Source of the DNA: Macrostomum lignano | Lineage: Eukaryota | Length of the DNA stretch: 64,000 nucleotides | Direction: 5' to 3' | Assembly: GCA_002269645.1 (NCBI GenBank) | Contig: NIVC01000312.1 | Span: forward strand, 62,001-126,000 | Shown here: positions 1-9,700 of the stretch, piece by piece | Position numbering within the stretch: position 1 is the stretch's first letter | How the letters are laid out: every line of letters starts with the position of its first letter | Position numbers and translations under genes: made by a program | Notes under the pieces: generated by a model | Databases searched by the model: none | The model's input: only the letters and a program-made list of their open reading frames with translations | What the model was told of the DNA's origin: nothing

Positions 1-770
1 CGAAGTTTCATTGTAAGCTTGAAGTTCATTGTAAGCTCGAAGTTTCATTTTAAGCTCGAAGTTTCATTGTAAGCTCGAAGTTTCATTGTAAGCTTGAAGT
101 TCATTGTAAGCTCGAAGTTTCATTGTAAGCTCGAATATTCATTGCAAGCTCGAAGATTCATTGTAAGCTCGAAGTTTCATTGTAAGCTCGAATATTCACT
201 GCAAGCTCGAAGATTCATTGTAAGCTCGAAGTTTCATTGTAAGCTCGAAGTTTCATTGTAAGCTCGAAGTTTCATTGTAAGCTCGAATATTCATTGCAAG
301 CTCGAAGATTCATTGTAAGCTCGAAGTTTCATTGTAAGCTCGAAGTTTCATTGTAAGCTCGAATATTCATTGCAAGCTCGAAGATTCATTGTAAGCTCGA
401 ATATTCATTGCAAGCTCGAAGATTCATTGTAAGCTCGAAGTTTCATTGTAAGCTCGAATATTCACTGCAAGCTCGAAGATTCATTGTAAGCTCGAAGTTT
501 CATTGTAAGCTCGAAGTTTCATTGTAAGCTCGAAGTTTCATTGTAAGCTCGAAGTTTCATTGTAAGCTCGAAGTTTCATTGTAAGTTCGAAGTTTCATTG
601 TAATCTCAAAGATTCATTGTAAGCTCGAATATTCATTGCAAGCTCGAAGATTCATTGCAAGCTCGAAGTTTCATTGTAAGCTCGAAGTTTCATTGTAAGC
701 TCGAAGTTTCATTGTAAACCCGAAAATTCACTGTAAACCCGAAAATTCACTGTAAACCCGAAAAGTCACT
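1..770. repeat. 19-bp minisatellite (CTCGAAGTTTCATTGTAAG)n, intronic
   Basis: Period of 19 read directly; degenerates from about 715; lies upstream of the MSP-domain exon. Confidence 0.95.
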
Positions 771-798
771 GTAAACTATTTTATCAACATCAACAAAG

Positions 799-3700
799 AC
801 CGTCTTCAACGCCGCCGAGTCAGCCGCCGGCTCGCTCTGACAAGCTGCAGCTGCTGGCGGCGCCAGTTGAATCTGGCCTGTCGCGCGAGGCCTGCCAGGA
901 GGCGTTGAAGTCCGCTCCGTCCGAGGCGCTGATGGAACACCGGCTCCGCTGTCGGGTTGAGACGCCGAAACCGGCTGCTGGGTCGGCAGCGGCGGCGTCT
1001 GGACGACTGCCAGATGACCAGCAGTTGGCCGCTCTGCGCTCCGAGGTAAGCGAGCCGTCGGGTTCGACAGAATAATGAGGACTTTGCTGTGGCACATGCT
1101 TATAACCGTTGATGCTGAACTACTGCAATAACTGCATGAATATCCAGTACTGATTACAGACACTACTTAAGAGATCATGTTACTGAAACCGCATGAATTG
1201 AAAGTTTGCAGAAATATTTTTACGGACACTATTGCAGACACTGCTACAGACACAGCTGCAGACACAGCTAGAGACAGCTGCAGATACAGCTGCAGACACA
1301 GCTGCAGACACAGCTGCAGATACAGCTGCAGACACAGCTGCAGACACAGCTGCAGATACAGCTGCAGACACAGATGCAGACACTGCTACAGACACTGCTA
1401 CAGACACAGATGCAGACACAGCTGCAGACACTGCTACAGACACTGCTACAGACACAGATGCAGACACAGATGCAGACACAGCTGCAGACACTGCTACAGA
1501 CACTGCTACAGACACTGCTACAGACACAGATGCAGACACAGCTGCAGACACTGCTACAGACACAGCTACCCGCCAAACTTAATTCGTCCGATTTTTTGCT
1601 TTTAGCACCGGTATCTTGATCCGGTTTATTGTCCGGAATCGGCCCATATCCACAGTGTAAAGAAACCGGAACAGAGCCGGACAAAAAGTTACGTTTCAGG
1701 ACCAGGCGTTCAGATTTTATCGCCTTTGCCCTGTTTTATGTCCGGTGATTATTCCGAAGTTTGTTCCGGTGCCTGATCCGGTCAAAGAGAGCCGGATGTT
1801 GCGCCGGTTTTGTTCCGGTGCCTGATCCGGTCAAAGAGAGCCGGATGTTGCGCCGGTTGCTGGACCGTGGCATTGACCGATCCAAATGGGATCGAGACCG
1901 GACCGAAAGCCGGACCGGCCCGGTTTAATCTTGAACCGTTCTCTCCGGAGCAGGAGGCAGTCTTCCACGCGAATAGAAAATGAAAAGAAAATTGAAGAGT
2001 TTAAACTGAAGTACTTTTTTTTTCAATCCAGGCATTTGTCAACCTTTCCATTTCCATGGCAATTTATTTTTACTTCCGAAACATCGAAAGCACCGAACAT
2101 CGCAAATCACACATGGTCCCTTACAAATGCGTCGCTTCCCTTCTGGCGCTCACAAATGAGTCATAAAGGTGATAAAGGTGATAAAGGACGTTCAATTGGC
2201 CGAACCAACCGTCAAACCGCAAGCTTCAGCAAGTCAACGAGGCTACCGGCCGACTGCAAATCGTCCATGCTCGTGACGAGGTTAGCCGTCGTCACTGAAG
2301 CCGCCAACGTATCCGTAGCCGCAGTCGTAGTCGCAGGCGAAGGGTAAATGAGAACCGGATGGTTCTCATCAGGCTCCTCCATGACGACAACGATGGCATG
2401 GGAGTCTGTCGTCGAGGAGGCCTTCTTCGGCCTCTTGGTAGCGCTTGGCCTCGGGCCGCTCGATCCGGGCCTCGGGCCGGTGATACGGCGGCACTTCAGT
2501 TTCGGCAGACCCTGGCGAACGCGTGCCGTCTCGCGGCAACGCGAGAAAGCGCGTTGTAGTTGGCGCTTAGTGGCGATGACGCCAACGGTCTGCAGCCACT
2601 GCTTAGCGATAAGCAGTTTGGCTGGGTTAGCGGCAGCAGTCAGCCGGTCCCCCAGCTTTCGGCCCGAGAAATTTGCGCCTGAAAACTCCGTCTCAGAGAA
2701 CAGTGCCCGCAAGAGACACCGCAACAGCGACGAATGTTCCGAACGCAGTATTGCGGCGTAGTCCGGACGCTCTTCGTCGATGTCCACATGTGGCTGGCCA
2801 GCCTTTTCTTTGGCCTGCAAATATGTACGGAGATGAGCTTCCAGTATAGAACGGCTCCCGACCTTGACAAATATATTCGGTTGGCGGTCCGACAGTGCGA
2901 CGCGCCCACCGCTATTACTAGCACCGGCCGAGTTTTCAGCGCTGCAGGCAGTCATTATCGCGTGGGTGTCGCTGGCAGACAAGGCAGCGTCAGCGACGAA
3001 GCGTTTGGCCGAGAAATCACTATCGTCCGCGCTATCACAGCTCATGCGTGTTTCGTCGTCGCTGTGACCAGCGACGTGTGTGCTAGTATCAGCATTGGTG
3101 GACAAATTGTCCGGGTCGGCAACAAGCATAGTGGACGCCCTGATCAGGAATGCGTTGCATGATTGCGCCCTGTTTTGCATCTGCCGAATGACGTTGTCCT
3201 TGCGACGAATCTCACGCTCAAGGCTGCTCTCGCGCAGCGCCAAATAGGAGGTTCGCTCCTTCGCGTCGTCCAGACGCCGGCGCAGCTCCACTTCGGCAGC
3301 CGACTTGTCTCGTATCTCGCCTCCTGTCAGTGGAGACAAAAGTTAATGTTACTCCGATCAATCATACATTCCCCAGAACATTCAACACTTACTTAGTGTC
3401 TCCACTAAGATGTCCGCCTTGCGACTTTCCAGTAGCAGGCTTCGACAGGACGCGCAGCCTCGAGGTGGCTCTCTGGTCGGGGCGTGCACATTCGTGAGGC
3501 GACAAGAAGCCGTCGCTTCTTCACGACTTTCGAAGGGCCCACGGATGAGAGTGCCGATCCACCGACGGGCAGTTTTCCTATTACTTTTGGCCACTTTAAT
3601 GGCAACAACACTCCCAACAGAAACTGGGATGGGTCCGTCGCTGCGGCGCTGCACAATATTCTCCGTAGTGGAGACAACGTCCGTGCGTTCCCGGGATTCG

Positions 3701-6700
3701 TCATAGCGCATGATGAAGAAGCGCTCGGTAGGCTCTTGCTTGTACGGGAGCATATCGGATCCTTCTTTCGACGGGTTGCCACCGTCCCGGTTGACTCGCC
3801 TGCCACGTGTGTCTCGATCGCCAGAATCAGTAGCTGAGCACCCCGCCTCATGGGCGAAGCAATCGTCTGCGTCTGCACCATTGGGCGTCGGATTTGCGGT
3901 TGGCGGCTTAGGTATGGTCGTCTGGACAGCATCGATCACGGGTGTTAGCGTGTCACTGCCAGCTGGTAGATTACCATTCGCAGCTGGCTGATCGTCCTTC
4001 GGCTTCGCCTTCGCCTTCTTCAGAGATCTTGGAGCTTTAGACTTCGAAGCAGTACTAGCCGCAGCGGCGGGAGCTGCGGGAGCGGCAGCTTTTTTTCCGC
4101 TTGCGAAGCAGGTCGCCTTGCCCATTTAAAGACTGTAAGACATGGAGCAGGTTTTGAAATTAGGTAATTCCACGTAGAGATGACAAAACTCACGAGTAAG
4201 AAAAGTGTGTTCGCCTGCTTCTACGAAGAGACATGCAAATCGTTGTTTTTATTGGCATTTCGTCTGTAGCTCCCAGCTCTTCTCCAGATCCAGACTCCAT
4301 CATGCAGTCAAAAAGGTGGTAACGAAGAATAACATTAAAAACATACCTCCCCTGTTTACTCCCATGCAGAATTACATGGATGCTGCCACAAGAAAATTAA
4401 GTAGGTATATGTGCACATGTGTAGTTCGCTTAAGAATCAAACAACAACAATCAAACAATAGAGCAAGTTTTTTCTATTGCGCAAATCGAAATTACCGTGT
4501 CAATGCCTACACTGAGTAACATACTAACGTCCCTCACTAACTAACTCACTCACTAACCTGGAGTCAGTCACGCCTTCGAGAGGATCAAAAAGTCGGGATC
4601 TAAAAAAGTGTGGCTTTTAGTATGCTGCCCAGTATATCAGTCCAATCAATTCTTTCCGTGGGCCTTCTTCTCCTGCTGGAGCTCACGCAGATCCCTTAGT
4701 GGCCGTCTGCGGCGGCGTAGCGGTCGCATTGCCGCCACAGGTGCTTCCGGCGGAGTCTCGGGCATGTCAATCGCCCAGAACTGACGTGGATCCGCAATGG
4801 GTTTCGGTTGGTTCGACCGGTGTTTGCCGGCCTGCTGCAGTCGTCTTTGGCGGCTTTCTGGAGACAGGTTAGAATACCACGACTCGCAGTCCGGACAGCA
4901 GTGCGCCTGCAATTCTAGCCTGTCGGCTTTGCGCCTGCATGGGAAGACGCACGCCGGTCTCGAAGTCCTCTCCGGCAACAGGTTGTAATCAGCGCGGATT
5001 TGAGAAGACGACATGCCGGCATACAGGCCTGCAAAGAGACTGACCCGGCGGCTGGGTTCCGGTGCCGGCTCTGCGGCGGGTGGTACGTGGTACATGTCAG
5101 GGCCCTGCGTCTCAGAACCCTCCTCGTCGTCGTAGTTGAACCTGTCGACTGCCTCGGGTTCCGGTGCCGGCTCTGCGGCGGGTGGTACGTGGTACATGTC
5201 AGGGCCCTGCGTCTCAGAACCCTCCTCGTCGTCGTAGTTGAACCTGTCGACTGCCTCGGGTTCCGGTGCCGGCTCTGCGGCGGGTGGTACGTGGTACATG
5301 TCAGGGCCCTGCGTCTCAGAACCCTCCTCGTCGTCGTAGTTGAACCTGTCGACTGCCTCGGGTTCCGGTGCCGGCTCTGCGGCGGGTGGTACGTGGTACA
5401 TGTCAGGGCCCTGCGTCTCAGAACCCTCCTCGTCGTCGTAGTTGAACCTGTCGACTGCCTCGGGTTCCGGTGCCGGCTCTGCGGCGGGTGGTACGTGGTA
5501 CATGTCAGGGCCCTGCGTCTCAGAACCCTCCTCGTCGTCGTAGTTGAACCTGTCGACTGCCTCATCGGCGGGTTCCTCATTCGATGCCGCCACGGGTTTC
5601 GCTAGCACAAGTGGAGTCGAATCGAAAGGCCACATCGACTGCAACACTTGCGTACTAGGAATGTCATCTAATGCGACGATGGCCCTATGCGCCCGCACCA
5701 TGGACCCCGTGTTAAAAACTGGCGACGTGGGACGTGAACGGCCGAGTCGAAGGAGCTCAGAACGGAGCAAACGGTTCTCCTCTGTGAGGGCGCGGCAGAT
5801 GGGACAGCTGGCTGCGTGTGACCAGTGGTCCATCGCTGTAAAATTGGGGTAATCGTTATGGCGCTGAAGCGCGTTACCGTTCGAAATTCACAGCTATTCA
5901 ACATACTGTGTATGCAGCATACTATACTGTACTACAACTAATAGAGGTGCTGGAACTAGTCGTACAGTAACTATAACGATACAAATACAGATCACAGCAG
6001 AAACTGTCGCTGAGTTTGATTTCGACGTGAACGAGTATGTCCGATGACATCCTAGATGCTATAGTCATTGTACAAACGGAAGCAGAAGACAACAGAAAGG
6101 CAATGTGTTTTAACTCCTTTAGTTTTCGTCTCGTTTATTTCAATACCTACCTTAATTATATACCTTAGTGTTACATAGAACGGAAGAATTGAAACTATAA
6201 CTTTCATTTTTTAGGCGAAGAAACACATCATCACATTGTCTTAACTTCGAGCAATGAAGACATAACAAACGCTTGTACTGCTGTTCTCGTTGAGACAGTC
6301 TGACTGGAGCAAAATAGGTGTACATTTTTGGGTGGGCGTGACAGGAATTGGATATGTATTGTTTAGCCTCGGACCACTTAGTCATCTTAGCCAGTAGTTA
6401 GCGACAAAACAAAGCACCGAAGCATCCGAGTGGATCAATGATATGACAACTGTGGGTGAGGCAACAGTGCGATGTGGCTCTCGGAAAGGACACACGAACC
6501 GATGACATCCTCAAGCGGTAGTAGTAGCGGATCTCCGTAGTCCGCCAAATCGCCGAATGGATCGGCTGCAAGCCGCCGCACGTGAGCGCAACGGCAGCCA
6601 CGCCTAGCGGAATTGCCACGTACAGCACATAGTGCCTCTAACGGGTCCTGATCTGGTTCGCGGACCGGTAGAATTAGGACCCGAAGTGGCACTTGTGCAC

Positions 6701-9700
6701 CGGTACTACTAATGGCTTCAACTCGTGCAAAACGAAATGTCGTCGGACGAAACCCGGAAATTGCAACGAAACACGATGCTACAGTGCGGCGCAGTGGGCG
6801 GTTATCGTTTTGTCGGCTGATGAAAACTACAATGACCAGCCCTGAGGGCAGTGTCGCACTGCGCCACCCATCCAGCATGCCATGCGGTCGTCGAAGAACT
6901 ATGGAGTTACGGAGAACGATTTCCGTGCGCCGATGGCTCCGTTGTCGCCTCTCCAAGCCCTCAGCACCTAGCAGACGCGCTCCAATCTGGTTGGCGGCTA
7001 TCTGTCTCTCCACTGACGTAACCACGTCAGCCTCGTTGTTGCTCGAGCCATGAAGGAGCTGTTGTAATCGTTTGTGCATGGTTTCGAACAACCCAGTTGA
7101 TTGATGATGTATCGGCCCACCGGAGTCTACAGCGCTCAGCATGTGGCAGCAAACTTGATGGGCGTTGTACGTAAGCGCCCGAGTGGAATATAAGCGCGGT
7201 AAATTTGCGAGGAAGCATCTGAGGGACACCTCGACGTGGTCCAGTTCGTCCTTTGGCCCACCTTCAAGTCCCATCCAAAACACAGCCGTTGATAGAACTA
7301 GTAAATGGTTGTAGTGGTCCGGCGGCAGAAAATCACCCAGAACGAGCGGAGCGAACACTAAAATCCACATTTCTAGTTCGTGTCCACGAAGATGGCGCAG
7401 GTCCTTCAGCTTCCTAACACTGTGGCGTTGCACTGATCGTGGCACGAGAATGCGATTGAGACGCTCGCCGACATCGCCAAGTCTGGGGTGCAGGTCCGGA
7501 CAGTTAGTGTCTGCACGGTCTGGCTTCTCATTGCGGATTGCGAACATCTGTAGCAATATCCGACGAACGAGCCCGCCGCACAACTGGTGCAAATAACAGG
7601 GCGGACAACCTTTTATAAAATCAAAGCCAGGCAGCCTGCTTAGAGGAGAGTGTCCGTACACACCGAGTACGTCGCGGCAAGTACCACCGCCGTTGCTCAC
7701 ATGTAGATCGGCAAGGTGCGAAGTGTCAGCAGCATTACGCACTGTTGTCTGTGTACAGCCTAGCATAGCAGGAGCGTTCAACATGGCGGGTGTAGCTTCG
7801 ACGTGAAAAAGTCGCCCGCCGCCTTGCAAGTAACCGGTCCGCAGATAGCATTTGTCGCAGTATTTTCCGGAAAAGCGACGCATGCATAGAGCGTCCGCCC
7901 TCGCCGGGGCGTCCATCATCCCAAGGAGGGGATGGAGGCGCAGGACGCAAGTCTCGCCGTTGGCGTTGTTGTACGTTACACCTATGGTACGCAGGCTGGA
8001 CAAGACGTTTACCATAACAGGCAGAAATGCGGCGGCCTTGACTTTTTGCTTGCCAGCCCACACTCCTGCGATGAAAACGTATCGCAGTTTAACTCGGTCG
8101 TGTACCTCTACGATGGAAATGTAGAATGGGCACACTTCGACGCAGCTAGTACTGAACCGAGGAAAACCATCGAAGCAGAAAACGTACGACAGATCGGCTC
8201 GGCGCTGTACATCGATGACCTCCAGAAAGTCTCGGTACAACGAGCTGTTGTACACGTGCAAAACGTCCGGCTGCACGTCGCGGTCAGCAGGCCAAACGAC
8301 GTTGTCAAGAAGTCCACCGCTCTCGATAGACTGTCGGATCTGCTGACGCACGTCGAATGCGTAAAAGTTGGCCACAGATTCTTCGCCGCAGTGTGCACAG
8401 ACGTCACCATCGGAAACGTGCCGAAAACGAGTGCGACGCATGCAGCTATTGCAAACGGCGTTGCAAACCGTCGAACCAATCGCTGACTGCGCTGAGCTGA
8501 CGCACGACTCCAGACTTCGTCTTGTTCGCGGTAGACTACAGCCTGGCATAAGGCGATGAAGCAGCGCCATCAGTTTGTCGACTACATGATGCTTCATGTG
8601 CGTCTCTATGACGAACAGCATAATGTCTGACGCAGCCTGGCCCAGCGTTCCCGGAAGCGCTGGATGGAACGGCTGATGCAGTTGTGCATCCGGTACCGGC
8701 AGCGGTGCGTCTTCGTCGCTGTCAAAGTCGCCTTTGATCGAAAATGAAACGAATGAAATGACTTTAGAGGGAGGTGTATATGCATCTGCATCGCAATATG
8801 CAATTATAATGTATGTGACATTACTTACTGTCACCGACATCTGAGAAGCTACTACCAGAGTCAGATGAGGATGCGACATCAACGCTCTCACGATTAGTCT
8901 CGTTGTCTGCAGATGCAGACTCACTGTTACAGTCGTCCGCAGGTTCGGTATTGTCACTGTCAGCCGATGGGTCGACCTGATCACAGCATGCTTGTTGACC
9001 AGATGTGCCACCGTCACTGTCACCAGGAGCAGGATCAACAGTAACAGCATCACTGTCATCGTCACTGCTAACAGCGCCGTTAGAAGCTGCACTTGCAGCG
9101 TCAGCGTCAGCTGACGTGCCAGCGCCGCGTTTCTCCACGGGGGATCGCGATCAGGCTGGAGTTGCCGCATTTAACTTTCTTCGAAACCGGTATGCCCGCA
9201 TGTACAACCGCCTGTGCAGCCTTTTTTCATCGTCCTCCATACGTCTAGGCAGCTGAGGGCGGGGTATTACTGATTCATTAGCACGCGTACATGTCGAAGG
9301 AACAGAATCTACGAGTAAATGAGCTATAAGTTTATAAACTTATCTAGCGGTTTGACTTCTGTGACAAACTTAGACTTAGACTTTGACCTAATTTAAAATA
9401 CTTCTTAGCTATTTCTTGTAGGACCTATGTAGGATATAATGGCCCTGCAGATTTAATGGCCCTGAAAATATAATAGGACGCGACTCTTAGCCAAGAAAGA
9501 AAGAAAGAAAAATTTAGGGTTGCTGGATTTTGGATAACGGATGTACGACGTATGGCATAAATAATACAGGAAAGAAAGAACAAGTGCGATAAACAAATTG
9601 AACCAAAACAGAAGACGTTTCCACTACATCTTCAGTAACGCATCAATTTATTTGACAAACGAACTCCCCAACATCTGCGAGGTTGTATTACCCCTCTCGC

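Noticed and set aside
747-1163. 138-aa minus-strand ORF
   Set aside because: Antisense shadow of the MOSPD2-like exon, which has a recognisable motif and a correct splice donor on +.
1177-1684. ORFs such as ADTAADT/SAAVSAAV/CRHSCRH (also 10150-10960)
   Set aside because: Products of a stop-free 12-bp minisatellite inside an intron.
8829-9170. N-terminal ~115 aa of the 911-aa ORF as a hydrophobic or TM segment
   Set aside because: Probably an off-frame reading of the acidic low-complexity exon 1; the spliced frame is more typical of these transposases.
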